A stretch of 64,000 nucleotides of DNA from Eledone cirrhosa (lineage: Eukaryota). The stretch's first letter is position 1. Every line of letters starts with the position of its first letter. The DNA is taken from NCBI GenBank assembly GCA_964016885.1, contig OZ024741.1, forward strand, positions 268,088,001 through 268,152,000. The letters are read 5' to 3'. The notes beneath the pieces were generated by a model. It saw only the letters and a list, made by a program, of their open reading frames with translations, was not told the origin of the DNA and did no database searches. The position numbers were made by a program, and so were the translations under genes. Positions 1 through 15,110 of this stretch are shown here, piece after piece.

Positions 1-3000
1 AACTCTTTAAGATAGTGAACAACAGCCAAGCAAGAAAAATAACAATATTTATTTATCTGTCAATCGTGTGTTGTTATTTATAAAGGTAAATAAACCACTG
101 ATTTAAAAGAATGTAAAATAAAATACAGCAAGAAGAAAAAGATGTGGGAAAGAGGTGGTAGTGGTGATGGTGGCTTGAAAATTATGAAAGTCAAGGAAAG
201 CCCGCCAATTCAAGCATCTTCAGATAAAATGTAATCAAGGAATTATTAAATTAAACAATTTTTTTTACATCTTTGATGGGTACTATGATAGTATATATAA
301 ACTCACATACACACAGAGACACACACACACACACATTGAAATGTCCAAGACCCCCCAATAGACAACTGATGAAAGGAAATTTTCTCCAGTTCTTGCTTTC
401 CTCTTTTTATAAGTACACCTTATCTAGCAACGACACAGCCCGTTTATTCTTAAATTTGTATATATATAAAAATATATTTTAAAATGTGTGATTAAAATAC
501 CATAATATTTAAAACAGTAACTGATTGAGTACTCAATACTGGTGTGAAAAATGTAGAAATTTATTTTCTCAGTAGAAAAGTAGCAGTGATTTCAATCAAA
601 GTTGATCACTTCATTTGTTTATTAAAACACACACACACACACACACAGACACACACACACACGCACGCGCGCGCGCGCGCGATCATCATCATCATTGTTT
701 AATTTCATTTTTTTTTTCCTGGCCTATGTGTAGATTGTGTGTGTGTGTTTATATGTTTTCTTGTTGATACTACTTAAACAATTAGTGCTGTTTGTTTATT
801 TCCTGTGTAAACAATATGTCCCAGAGTATAGCAATTCGATGAGTGAAGATCCATGGAAGAATTACCACATTTAGAAACGAGCAAGGTTTGTCATCAGGAA
901 AAGCATCCGGCCATAAAATACTGCTGCTTCAAGAAGTTTCATACAACCTATCTGGTCATCCAGCCTCATGGCAATGGTTCACTATACTTTTCCATCTGTT
1001 TCTGCCTCTAGCAAGGATTGCTACTTGAAACCAGTTTGTGCCATACCTGCACAGGTCATCTTTTAGATTGGATCTCCAGGTCTACTTTAGTCTACTCTTT
1101 AGTCTTTTCATTGAAAACAATGATGGTGATGAAGTGCTGCTATTTGTACAGGTAAACTATATCATCTGATTGTATCTAATTACGGCTAGTGGTGGACTAG
1201 GTGGACATATAGAGTTAAGAGGCTTGGTTATCATAACAATAGATTGAGAGTTTCATGTTTTAAACAGTAAATCTTTTACTATATATAATACTACGTTGAG
1301 GTATTTATTCCAGTTCTTTACTCTCTGAGTTCCAATTCTGCTGAGGTCAACGTTATCTTTCATTCTTTTAGGGTTGATGAAATAGTGTGCCAGTTCAGGG
1401 AAGTCAATTAGTGAACTTTTTCACGCATTGGACGAGATTACCTCATGGTATTTGTGCCGGCTCTTTGCATTCTGAGTTAAAATCTCACTGTGGCCAACAT
1501 GGGAGGTAGACTTAATTTGTTACCCAGTTTAACACCACCACTTGTCTCTTAAGTGCCTTTAGGGAAGTCCACTCTGTTGCAAGCATATGGGCCAAGTCCC
1601 CAGTCTGAAGACATCTTCGTCCCTCTCTCCCACCGGTCTCAGAGACCCTGAAAAAGGTCATGGGTTCTGTCTTTCTTGTCTTGTTTAAACAGTTAAAAAA
1701 TAAAAGATCAAATAAACGACCATGCTATTGAATAGGCCAGCTGTGATTTTCTCTTACTTCGGAGGTTCTTCAAGGGCTGGAAAAGAAAGGAGATAACAAC
1801 TTCAATGTTGGTTGAATAGTATTTCAAGTGCTGACATTTATATCAATTTTATAAAAAATACATTTTAGTTATATATCCTTCTTAAAACTGGCATAAATGG
1901 GGACAAGGTAGTTGGGGGAGAGGGGAGAAAAAACAGATGCGAAATAGATTAGTAAATAAAAACCAGCAAATAGTGAAAATATTGCAGATGTTAGAAAAAA
2001 ATATTGTATTGAAATATTGATTAATATTTTTGACTTTTTTTTTAGATCTGAAATACCTTGAAAATATCTCAATTGAATCAATATTTCAATATTTTGATCA
2101 ATATTTTGAATTTCAGATCTGAAATAACTAGTTTTTCACAGAAATCACTGTTCTGTTATTACGGACATGTGGTTAGAATGTCTAAGGAAAGGATCACAGA
2201 ACAGATTTTATGCTCAAAGCTAATTATTGACAAGAAGACCCAAAGGTGAACAATGAGCAAGAGGGTTGGATAACATCCATAACCTTGATTCGTCTCTCTT
2301 GGAGAGACAGTCGCTTCTGATAAGTTCCTCTGGAAGGCATGTCTGAGGTCTCTTCCCCTGTAGCCCCCTCAGGAATATGGAGGAGGAGAAGAAAGAGGAG
2401 ATAGTTTAGAGCATTGCCTTTTTACTGTTTTCAGTGTGATGAAATTTAACAATCAAGCTCTATTTTCTGTTGTTTGGGGTTTTTTTGTTTTCATATACAC
2501 ACATACACTGTAAATGTGGTTGGTGTTAGGAAGGGCATCCAACTGTAGAAACCAAGCCAGAAACAGTTCTGTGTAAGCAAGACACAGTCACCTGACTTGT
2601 TTCAAATGGGAGAACCCATCTAACCCATGCTAGCACTGAAAAATGGACATTAATCAGTGATAATGATATGATACATGTGAATACAGACACACACACATAC
2701 ACACAGAAAAGGAAAAATGATCCTACCAGTCTACAGGAACAATAACATAGCCATGTTTATCTAATCAATTACCTCCCTTCAGGATTTTAGTTGAAATCAT
2801 GCCAATGTCAACTTTGCCTTTATTATTCTGGGACTCAGAAAAATAAGAACCAGTATAAAAGTATAGGTTTCAATTGAACTCATGATGAAACCAGTAAAAA
2901 CAACTTAAAATTTATATATTCTTAGGTAAGATCTTGCCATTCTGAGTTCAAATCCCTCCGAGGTTAACTTTGCCTTTCATCCTTACGGGGTCGATAAAAT

Positions 3001-4069
3001 AAAGTACCAGTAATGTACTGGGTTATTGCTGGCCTTGTGCCAAAAGTAGAAACAATTATTACTAATTTTTATTATTAGCAATGTGTGAGGGTGGTGGATT
3101 AGGAGAAGCAGTAGAGCGTCGGACCAAATAGTTTGCCGAATTTGTTCCAAGTCTTTACATTCTCATTTCAAATTCTGCTGAAGTCAACTTTGCCTTTTGT
3201 CCTTCCTGAATCAATAAAATAAAGAACCAATCAAATACTGGGGTCGATATCGATTTCCCCGCCCCACAAATTGCAGGCCTTGTGCCTATATTGGAAATCA
3301 TTATCAGTAATATGTTTATTGGAAGCTGCTATATAATATAAAATAATTTAATTCTTAACACCCTGTAATGATTTAGTAGGAAATATTTTTAAATGGGTTT
3401 GTTAATTCAGATGTTTATGGTATCTTTATTAGTATATGTCCACTAGTTTCTAACCACTAGTATGTTTATTAGTGGACAGATCATTGTGGAAATGTGTTGT
3501 ATTAAAGCAAAGATTCCCATATTTAATGTGACACATTCATAGCGTTCTTTTGTATGGGTATTTGAACAATGTACCAAACATAAATTAAGTTCAAGCACAT
3601 CCTTCAAAACCATACTCCATCCTTCTCAGTTAATCAACAACCAACCTGCTCCAATTACTGGTATGGTGGTGACAGACATCTTCAGGCTGCTGCTGTCATA
3701 TCATGAAACAATGATGATGATGTATATACATATATATCATCATCGCTTAATGTTTACTTTCCCTGCTAGCAAGTAGTGTATATATATGTATATATACCAC
3801 TAAAAAAATCCATCCCCCTTCCTCCCAAAAAACAGATGAAATCTATTGATTTTTCATGAAATACATATAAAATGTTATGCATGTTAATCTTGTCTGAACT
3901 ACTTGAGATTTTAGGAATGAAAGCAGCATGTTAGCTGACCCTCTTTTTCTTTTTCTAACAAAAGCCAGCAGGGTAGGAAGAAAAATGTGAGTTTAAGGAC
4001 AATTAGGATTATTAAATGTATCTCACAAGAAAAATAAATTAAGCTAGAATTTCTTTTATTGACTCTTAA

Positions 4070-4295
4070 CCCTTAGATAACTGTATTTCTAATGAAATAC
4101 AATCTATTTCAATTAATTAATGAAGAATATCGGGGGATTTACTAAAATTATTAATTATTTCATTAGTAAGATAGTAACTTAATGTAAGGTTCTTATATAA
4201 AATTATGTTGGAAGGTTTAAAATGGAAACCTTTAAAATGGGTGGATTTATTTCATAGAACAAGAGCTGGTTTTGGCAGGGTTGGTAACAAAAGGG
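4070..4295. mobile_element. Second piggyBac-like MITE family; partial copies at ~17590-17820, 29446-29600, 16790-16950
   Basis: TTAA|CCCTTAGATAAC ... GTAACAAAAGGG|TTAA. Confidence 0.65.
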
Positions 4296-7200
4296 TTAAC
4301 ATCCTCTATTACATTAACAAGACATTCTTGAAAAGTACAAAACAGTACTATGACTGCATCACATAAAAAAATATTAAAGCCTTTTCTTTAGTTTACTGCA
4401 AATGCTCACAATGACCTCTGCTAGTAAAGATATAATAAATGTTTGAATAAACAAACCTGTTTTTAGATATTTTGTACTAAATCATTACAGGATGTTAAGA
4501 GCTAATGCTTAAATAGGTGTTAATAGGAAAAGATAGAAAACCTACTAAATAGAAGTAATTAAGGAAGTTTTAACTTATGAGGAGTGTCATGTTAATTCAA
4601 ATATTATACTGTAGGAGCTTAATCAACATCCATACAGTATATCTTTGTCATCATCATCATCATCACTGATTAAGTATATTTTCCATGTTTGTATGGGTTA
4701 AATGGGTTGTCACATTCTGAGGCTAGACATGTCAGATGACTGTCTTACTCATATGTTCCATTTTTAGCTTGGTTTCTATGGCTAGATGCCCTTCCTAACA
4801 CCAACAACTTCACAGCATGTACTGGGTGTGTTTTATCATGGTACCACTACTATCATGTAACAGGGTAGACTGGGTGCTTAAATTGTCACAGCAGAATAGG
4901 AGGAATAGTGGGTGTTTAATATGATGATATGGATATAAAAGAAGAATAGTGAGATTTAACAGGGTGATATAAGTGAGAAAAGGGGTGGGCATAATGTAAG
5001 AGAGAGTGGTGGAGTGCCGTGATGATGTGAATTGTTACTAAAGAACAATGAGTAGGTCAAAAGTTACATCCATTATATTTATATGGTTGTAGTACAGTTG
5101 ATGTGTTAGACGGGGAGGGAAAGATATAAGGGTGTAAAGGAAATGGTTGGTTTAATAGGGGCATAATGATTGTTTTAATTTTTATACCAGTTGGCGGGTC
5201 ATCTCCAGTATTAGATGTCACCATTTATCTCAGTCCTTTGTCCTCTCTGTCCTGAGGTTCAGCTTCCTAATGTCAGTCTTCACCACTTCATCCCCATCTT
5301 TCTGGGTCTGAATATATTACAAGCCTCCTTAAATTTTCCAGCTACCAAATTAACTCACAAGGCATCAGTTGGCCTGGGGCTATAGTAGACAACATTAACC
5401 TAAAGTGTCACCATGTGGTAATGAAATGAATGTCTTTACCACACAACCATGTTTCCTGGCTTTTAATCTTAGAAATGATATACTTGATAGAAATATAGGA
5501 ATCAACAAACTGGTAAAATGCTTGTATAACCAATATTTGCTTTTATCAAGCTTGCTGTGTTGAGCCTGTTTTTTATATAGTTGGCAGCTCTGAACTAGTC
5601 TATAAAAAAATTCTATTTTCCTCTGCCAACTAATGTGCAGTCCTGTATTTTTATTTGATCAACAAGTATGGTGAAGTCTATGCTTCACTGATGGGGTCAA
5701 AATAAGATCAAAATATACCCAGAGTTGTAAACCTATATATTATTTTTTCCAAGTCCAAAAAATCATCAGGCCAATGCTTATCTCAGTTTCTTTAGTGTTA
5801 AGACTGAGAGTACACGCCTTTCCCCTGGACAGGCTACTACAAGATTAACTCCCAGGTACTGCTGAAACTCATTTTTAGCTGAGTGTAGTGTAGCAACATG
5901 AAATGAACACAATTTGACACCCAGTCCAGGAATCGAACCCACGGCATTATGATTCTAAGTCCAACATCCTAACCATGAGGCTAAAACCATACTTGCCCTT
6001 GCCAAAAATATGAAAATATTAGCGGTAGCATTAACATAGCATAATTCATAATAGAGGAGTATATGAAGGCTTATATATGTTTATGTACAATAAATCTAGG
6101 GTGGTTTCATAAACATTGGTATCAAAAAAGTTAATGTGTATGAGTTTTCATTAAATCCTTTTGCTTCAGATTCAAATGGATTGTATTCTGCATTGATAAT
6201 ATTTTGAAGAAATGATCTGTCAACTGAAATTTTAAAAAATAAATAAAACTTGGTTAATTCAAGTTAGATATATCGATATAAGAAGATAATCTTTTCTTAT
6301 TGCTGTTTCAGTATAACTGCTATAGGGTATTGGCAAGCTCTTGGCAAGCTAATTATCTATTGTAGGTTTGATTTCCATTTAAGCCATTTTACTTCATTCT
6401 TCCTAATAGATAGGATTCCCAACCATAGCCACTTACCTTGGTTAGTTGAGGATATGTCTATGACCCACTATGTGAAGTTTAAGGTTTATGTAGTGACCAA
6501 ATTTACTAAAATCCCTCAGATAAAAACTACTCATTTTAAAATGTTTATACTTATAACATATACATATACTTCCATCATAATTTTAGTTTAGAAATTTTTG
6601 TTCTAAATATCAGCTTACTTACGAAAAACTTAATTATTAAATTCCTCTTAATTTTTTATTATTTTTAGAATTAATTGGAATGTATAGGCAGCATTTCATT
6701 AGAAATATGGTAATAAAAGGGTTGACTTCTTTGGCGACTAAATAACTCATTGAAAGTTGTGGGATATTATCATTTCAATGGTACTTAATTCATAAGTTGA
6801 TTGTTTTAATGTCAGATGACGAGTTAGTGGGAGTGATGGGTACTGATAGAGGGTGACAGTTAATACTAAGGGACCTGCAGGAAAGGAAGAGATGGCTAGT
6901 AATCCAATCCAATCCAGGGCCTTCTCATTCATATTGGAGAAGCCCCTCCTTGGTTGACCTCTACTGCTTTCTGTTTAGTTTTGATCATGTCAGAGATGTA
7001 GCCATACTCACCATGCTTTGCCAATTGCAGGTTGATGAGACTATTTAATCCATATTGGGGTGGATGGCTATTGACTCTGAGGAGTTCATTTGCCCTTTTT
7101 ACAGTTCTTGTCTTTTGTGCTGCTGGGGTTCCACTTACCCTCCTCACTAGACCAGGGTCTGGTGGGGGAGCCAGTTTAATCACCGACCACTCAATCATGG

Positions 7201-8993
7201 CTAGTAATACTGAAGAGTAATAGCTAGATATATCTAATATAGACAGATATTATGCAATCCCTCATTATTCTATATACTATACATGCACCTTTGATGAGCG
7301 TAGTGGACTTGAGCACTGTACACAATTTTCTTTATTATTATTATTACACAGCCCTCATAATAAGACAGAGATAGGATGATGAGGGAGATTCAATATGAGC
7401 AAATCCAATGTCGTCCTCCATTACACTGGTAGCATGTTACAGTGAACAGGAGAGAAGGTGAATGATAGATGAGAAAATATAAAGGAGGTAGGCAGTAGAT
7501 GGAAACATAACAGGAATATTATGAGCAAGAGACCACAATGTAAATATACATCCCAGTTTCCACCACTTCTACCACCTTAACGTCCTAACTATTTGCATTA
7601 TAGCTGTAACTATAGACTATTATTATAGATATGTGTTCCAAGTCACATTAGTGAGTCTATTGCTTTTTATGGTCTCAAATTGGTGTTTATAATTTCTAAT
7701 ATCAGTTAGTAAGGGTAACTTTCTCACAAAGAATAGTAAGTTGTCAATGATGTTCTATGAATGTCTTTGAAGATTAAGGTGTGTGAACAATAGTATTGCT
7801 GGTTATAGGTTCTCAATGGCCAATCACCTGTTAATTGTATTTGTGATAAAGCAATGACAGTAGAGTGCTTGTAACTTCGTTCAGAAAGCACCATTTGGGG
7901 TGCGGTCTCAATGAATGTTTACATCCCTTGTCAATGTATGTTGACAAAAACATGCACATACACATATGCATATCATTGAAATCATCATCATCTTCATTCC
8001 TGCATCTGGATGTCCTTCCTGGTGTTACTTTATTTATAAGTATGGTACTTACTTCGCTGTTCTTCAAACTGCTAATCCTGCTGGACAACAATTGATTATA
8101 ATAATAATAATGAAATTATTGTGTACAGTGCTCAGGTGCACTACAACTCATCAAAGGTGCATGTATAGTACATAGAATAATATACAAATGTCAGGGAAGT
8201 GAATAGTGTATGAGTCATGATATACATGTGTGCGTGTGTATGGAGGGGGAAACAAACCTCATGAGCTACCCAAACAGTGTCATTGAAAAGATAGATATGG
8301 AGACATGCACACACACACACACACATATGCACATGCATGTGTGTATGCATTTAACTGTTTGAGCAACCTATAGCATAGTGAGGAAACAGTGTTAGTTGCA
8401 GTTGGAATATTTTTAACCATAGGAATTCTTCATAAGTTTGACCTGAGGCTAATCAACACTACCAACAACAAGACCCATTCAAAGTGGGGATGAAATATTT
8501 ATATATATTTTTAATATTTCTTTTTATTAATTGATTCATTAATTGATTGATATTAATTTTATTAATTTCTTTGTTCAGTTATCATTAAGCAAGTTAGTGA
8601 GTGGCACAATTTGCACTACCTTGGTACCCAGAACTTTGAGTGGTTGTGTGATTTCATAAAATCTAGTTGTGTGCTGGTGATACAACAGAAAGTGCCCAGT
8701 CTGCCCTGTAAGGTGGTCGTGCTGGTGACATGATGAAAAAGCACTCAGTCCACTCTGTTAGATGGTCATTTCATGCCACGATAAAAAGCACTCAGTACAC
8801 TCTGTTAGATGGTCATTTTATGCCACAATGAAAAGCACTCAGTCCACCCTGTTAGATGGTTGATTTTGTGCTACAATAAAAAACACTCAGTTCACATTGT
8901 AACGTGGTTGGTGTTATGAAGTGCATCAAGCCATAGAAACTAAGCCAAAATACAGATCTGTATAAGCAAGATGTGGTCACTTGACCTAACTTG

Positions 8994-9047
<54 letters not shown>

Positions 9048-10357
9048 TCGTTTAACATCTGCATCTCTCTTTAATGCATTTTATTGTTGTTATATATATA
9101 CTCTTTTACTTGTTCCAGCCTTCAGGCTGAGGCCATGCTGGGGCACTGCCCTTATAAAGTATTAATATATTTTAATCATTTTTTTCTTCCTTTTATATAT
9201 ATAAAAGATAAAAAACATTTAAACTTTGTATATTTTACTGAAAATTATACAGAGAAAGATTTTGAAATAATGACATCCTCCTGGGTCATTTTCATTTTAT
9301 AGCTATATTTTTATAGTTTTATTGCAATGCAGTTGGGGTAGGGGAATAAAAATCTAAATTTCTTTTATCAAACTGTTGCATTTTTTTTTTTGTAGTAGTA
9401 GTAGTGATGGTGATGGGGGTCTTGTTAATTACATTTAATACCCACTTGATGTTAACATTAACTACATAATTACTATACTGCATATATGCACTGTAATGTT
9501 CAAGAAGACATTTTCCCCTCCTTTTTATGAAAGTCCAATAAAAAAAATTTGATTAATTTTTTATTTTTTATTTTTAGATAAATTAATAGGAAAATAAAAA
9601 ATAATATTATTTGGTTTTTTATAATGCAAAATTAGATTCTAAATATCATTCAGCTATTCAATTTGGTCAGCAAGTCTTGCTCTTTGGTTTGACATATTTG
9701 TTCAGTTTATTATTTCATACATGGGCACTGCTAAATATGGAAACTTCTCAAGCTTTATTCCTTGTGTTTCCCTTGTTTCTTCTTTCCATTCTTTATTCAT
9801 TACAAAGTGGGTCATTGGCAAGATTATCACTTGTAAAGCCCTTTGTGATGATGCTGGTGGTGGTGGTGAGAGTGAGTATATTCCTGCCTTCCTCTCTCTT
9901 CTTCACTCTCAACAATGTCAGCCCAGTCAGCCATCACCAGCTATCACCATAACCAGCCATCACTATCACTCACTGCTGCAGTCAAATTGGGTTGTTCCTA
10001 CGGCAACATAGAAGAAAACTGAGAGAGGAAATATTTCTACTGCTTTGACTCCTTGCCTCAGTGGATTCTTCCTGGAAACTTTCAAGAGATCAATAACTTG
10101 CTGTTGCTATATTTCACACTTACATACACTCTTACACACAAACACAACCTCTCACTCTCTCTCCTTCTCTCTCTCATTACTATAGCAATGTTCTCTCATC
10201 ATTGTCATTTAAACTTAAGAAATCTTTTTTTATTTATCACTGAGTTTTTTTGATGTAAGGGAGATAATTTCTCAAAACAAATTTTTACTAATTTTACATT
10301 ATTTATTAATTTCCCATAATAGCGTTTGTCATTGTCATTAAAAGCAATGTATGTATG

Positions 10358-10426
<69 letters not shown>

Positions 10427-11084
10427 TTTATATTTGTGCGTGTTTATTTTAGTTTATCTTATTTATTTTATTGTGGGACCTTTCTAAATTAAGGGAAAAA
10501 ATCAAATTTGTGTTACATTCTGAATTTAAATAATGAACAAATAAAACAGGTTTTATATGGTTGCTCAACCTGCTAGAAATAGCAGGTAAATCTCTCTCCC
10601 GTCCCTCATTCCCCCAAAATGAAAACCAGCCTCTTCCTCCAGACCAAACCATAAAAATGTTAGGGGAGACACATTGATAATATAGTCTAAGATATACTAT
10701 ATCCGAAACAAAATATGGGATTGTCATGGCTGGAACACCTTTGATCATAGGTCGTCTCTAGCAAAGTTTCACTTGGAGCTAAACAACAATAACAACAACC
10801 ATAAACATACATTTCAAATTAGAAATCAACATAAAAAGACAGCATGTTTTTTGGTTTTGTTTTTGTGTGTGTTTTGTTATTTTATAAAGGATTCTGCTTC
10901 TTGGCCTTTGGCTAATATCAAAGTGTTATTTCAAAATAAATAAAATTTGTTCACTGTCCTGTTTCAGTCTATTATGTTGATTCTTTCATAGAAATGGCAC
11001 TTTTGAAATAAATTTCTATAACTCAGTCGGAAATAATTATTATTTAATTGTTTGTTTTTTTTTAAATATATTTTATTATTATTA

Positions 11085-11310
11085 TTATTATTGGCAGTAT
11101 CGGTAGAGCATGGGACACCATGCCTTGTGGCATATAGTTACGGTTCTTTACGTTCTGAGTTCAGATCCTGCTGAAGTTAGCTTTGTCTTTCATCCTTACA
11201 GGGTCGATAAAATAAAGTACCAGTAATGTACTAGGATCAATTTAATCAACTTTCCTCTCCCCAAAATTGCTGGCCTTGTGCCTAAATCAGAAACCATTAT
11301 TATTATTATT
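11085..11310 (+). mobile_element. SINE family A copy; other plus copies at ~2935-3305, 19800-20045, 28690-28880, 32435-32530, 41685-41905, 54235-54415
   Basis: Same A box, B box, core and (ATT)n tail as the cluster. Confidence 0.85.
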
Positions 11311-12249
11311 TTATATATTTATTGTTGTAAATGTGGTTGGTGTTAGGAAGGGCATTCAGCTGTAAAATCCCCAGTCAAATTTACAGTCCTGTTGGAGCAA
11401 GGTACAGTGTGGACAATTCCGGCCAGACTTGTCTCCCAATGTGGACGGCCTGTCTAACCCATGCAAGCATGGAAAAATGGGCGCTAAACAGTGATGCTAT
11501 TAGTGGTGTCTTATGTTGGGAATACAGAAACATAAATTATGAGATACCTGTTGCAGGTTTGTTTGTTTTTTTCCCCCAGCTCTTTTGGAATTTGAAGGAA
11601 GCTAAATGACAGCGGGAGGCCACACTGTATCTGACTCATCAGCAGTATCTTGCTTTCACTTACAGTTGTTAACTCGTTTCTATTGCTCATTGCACCATAT
11701 TGTTTCAGAAATTATTTTCTATGATGTAACGCTAATTTAGAATATGTATTTACGTGTGTGTGTATATATACATATATATATATATACACACACACAAACT
11801 GTTATTGTAATATGTTATCTGGTGCTATATATGTATGTGTGTGTGTGTATATAAATGTGTGTGTATCTATGCATTTGTGTGTACATATATATATGTACAT
11901 ATATGAACTAATATGTACTATGTACATATATGAACTAATAAAACCATAAGAAATTATGCCATATTTCATGTTATTGTATTTAGTAGTTATAATTTATTTT
12001 GAGCGTTTTTCTAGTTAAATATTTGTGAGGGAGGGGGGTATTTCTTATGGAAGAAGAAATGACAGAAAATGTCTTTATCCCAAGAATTTCTAGAAAGTAG
12101 TTTCACTATAGATTTTCACTTAATTTCCCTGTTCAAGTTGGTCTGCCCCTTGCCAAATTTTTCTAAGTTTTCTTCAACAGCTTAAATTAAACAATGATAA
12201 TTAAATAACATAGTTGTTGTGCTGTTGATTTTTCTGTTTTTATTATATA

Positions 12250-12905
12250 CTAGACCACCCGTGACCCACTGGGTCACTTTCACTTCAACATATTTTTTTT
12301 AATCTTGTTCAGTTAAAAATAATTTTTAAATAATTAAAATATACACAGACATGTATATAATGTGAAATGAAACTGGAAGGCCCATATATGTACGTGTCAT
12401 CATCATCATCATACGTCCACTTTTCCCTGCTTGCAAGGGTGGGATGGGTCCTATTCAGCACAGCATCTCTCCACTTGTCACGGTCCTTCGTCATCTCCAC
12501 TGTGAGCTTCAGCGTGTGTGTATGGAAATATATAAATGTGTATGTTTCTACATATATATATATATGTGTGTGTATATATATATATATATGTGTGTGTGTG
12601 TCTGTGATCTATATACACTGGTCATAGACATATACACACACACTCACATATATATACACAACACCACCAGCTCTCTCTTCCATTCTCCTTCTGTCTCCTT
12701 CTCTCTCTCTGTCTCTCTTTCAATTTACTCTCTCACAAAAACTATCTCTTACTCTCTATTTGATGAAGGCACCTGGAAAACACCATATCTCAGGAACCCG
12801 TGTACCAATTTACACGAAGTTTGTTTTATTCCATTTGTGACCCATATATTTGTTATATATATCCTTATCGAGCCCTCTTTGGATTTTAGTCTTCACATTT
12901 ATTAT
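12250..12905 (-). mobile_element. Probable non-autonomous Helitron remnant, interrupted by an RTE fragment and microsatellites
   Basis: Minus strand ends gtgacccagtgggtcac-gggtggt-CTAG|T, i.e. a subterminal GC-rich hairpin plus a CTRR end. The 5' end is obscured by the adjacent SINE. Confidence 0.5.
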
Positions 12906-13102
12906 TATAATAATAATTGTTTCTAATTTTGGCACAAGGCCAGCAATTACCCAGTGCATTACTGGTACTTTATTTTATCGACCCCGTAAGGATGAAAGGC
13001 AAAGTTAACCTCGGCGAGATTTGAACTCAGAATGGCAAGGGCCGTAACTCTGTACTTCAAAGCATGGCGTCCGACCCTCTACCGATACTGCCAATCCACA
13101 TG

Positions 13103-14480
13103 AATAATAATGGAATTATTCTGTACAGTGCTCAGGTGCACTGCAACTCGTCAAAGGTGTATGTATGGTACATGTGTGTGTATGGAGGGGGAATATTAGG
13201 TGTAGTGTTGGCGAATCTCAGGAAGCATGGAGGTTTTAAAGGATGCAGTGTCTCGACAGCTAATAACTGATGCAGGTAGTTTGTTCCATGCTTCAGCAAC
13301 TCTGAGCGTGAAAAAATGTTTCTAAAAGTCATGGGAGCTGTGCTGTTTTCTGACTTTGTGGGCATGCCCACGTGTGTTAGACACATGGAAATCAAAAAGA
13401 TACTCAGGGTTGTTGTTGGCAAGGTGGTTAATAATTTTGTTGGTGTTTACCAAGTCAGTTGCCAGACGTCGGACCTTCAATGTATCCATGCCCAGGGAAG
13501 CAAGGCGTTCAGAGTATGGTAGATGCCTGATGGAGGGTATTCGCTTGGTTGCACGTCTCTGAACAGTTTCCAGGCGGTCAATGTTCTGAACAAGATAGGG
13601 ATTCCAGACTGGTGATGCAAATTCTAAGTGTGGCCACACCATAGCTATATACAGCTTTAAATAGATAGCTGGAGAGCGGCTGACAAAGGTCTTGCTGAGT
13701 GATGCTAAGAGACCCTCAGCCTTCTTGACAATTTTAGTGCTTCATCCAACGCAAATCGCTGCTGACCGTAAAGCCCAGGTCACATTCACAAGAAGACTTC
13801 TTGATATTAGTGTTGTGGAGGGCGTATGTGGACCCTGGCTTTTTACTCCCAAAATGCATGGTGATACACTTGTCCACAGCTAGCTTGAGTTGCCAGTCTG
13901 TGATCCATTGTTGCATTGTGTCCAGGTCAGATTGCAGACAAGATCTATAGTGTTCAGGATCGGTCCTTTTTATCTCAAGGTACAGCTTGATGTCATCTGC
14001 ATATTTCAGTACTGTGGCATTCTTTAAGTTGGCATCTATGTCATTAATATATGCCACAAACAAAAAGGGGCCAAGAACAGATCCCTGTGGTACACCAGAT
14101 GACATCTCATATAGTGAGGAATGCTGTCCTACAACCGTGACTACCTCTCTTCGACTGAGAATGAAGGACTTCAACCAGTTAAAAAGATCATCCTTCACAC
14201 CCATTGCAGAGAGTTTTGCCATAAGTCTCTTGTGTGGCACAGAATTGCTCCAGCCATGAGCCGCCATCAGTGATCCAGGTAATGTCTTCAAGAAACTCGA
14301 TAAGTTGATCACAGCAGCTGGAGTTAGGGGTAAATCCTATTTGCGAGGGCCGGATAAGATTGAGAGTTCCGGAAGTTCCAAAGCATTTCTCTGACACAGG
14401 ATTCCATCAGCTTGGCAATGCAGTTAGTAAGACTGACTGGACGATAGTTCACAGGTGATGGGCGGTCACCCTTTTTGAAC
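13103..14480 (-). mobile_element. 5'-truncated, frameshifted CR1/L2-group non-LTR retrotransposon (RT domain, C-terminus, 3' UTR, (ATT)n tail)
   Basis: Minus-strand ORF pieces contain SGVPQGSVLGPFLF, YADDIKLY and PHLEFASPVWNPY..IDRLETVQRRATKRI. The 3' UTR ending ...gcacctgagcactgtaca... is repeated elsewhere in the window. Confidence 0.9.
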
Positions 14481-14719
14481 ATATATATAATGTAATTTTT
14501 TTCTTTCTTTTTTTTTTCTCAAAATAAAGAGGATATATTCAAATAAAGACAAATTATATATTGATTTTACAAGACACTCAATAGCTATGAGATTTAATTT
14601 AAACTTATCAAGCCAGTGAATGGGCTTCCATTTAGCTGTTTGGCCTGCTAGAAATGTTAGCTAAATCTTCCTCAAATAACACCTTATTGTATTAAAAAAG
14701 GAAGGATACATTAGATAAT

Positions 14720-15110
14720 AAATAATAATAATGAAATTATTGTGTACAGTGCTCAGGTGCACTACAACTCATCAAAGGTGCATGTATAGTACATAGAATA
14801 ATGTACAAATGTCATGAAAGTGAACAGTGTATGAGTCATGAAATACATGTGTGTGTGTGTATGGAGGGGGGATATCAGGTGTAGCGTTGGCAAATTTCAG
14901 GAAGTATGGAGGTTTTAAAGGGTGCAGTGTCTCGGCAGCTAACAACTGATGCAGGTAGTTTGTTCCATGCTTCAGCAACTTTGAGCATGAAAAAATGTTT
15001 CTGAAAGTCATGGGAGCTGTGCTGTTTTCTGACTTTGTTGGCAAGATGGTTAATAATTTTGTGGGTTGCAAGTCAGTTGCCAGACATCGGAACAAGGCAT
15101 TCAGAGTATG
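14720..15110 (-). mobile_element. Second 3'-end copy of the same CR1/L2 element, internally deleted; shorter copies at ~7265-7345 (+), ~8095-8255 (-), ~15890-15975 (-)
   Basis: Near-identical to 13103-13520, e.g. tgtacagtgctcaggtgcactacaactcatcaaaggtg. Confidence 0.85.

Noticed and set aside
6747-7220. GC-richer segment with overlapping short ORFs
   Set aside because: No recognisable domain or splice context; probably a decayed repeat that I cannot classify.
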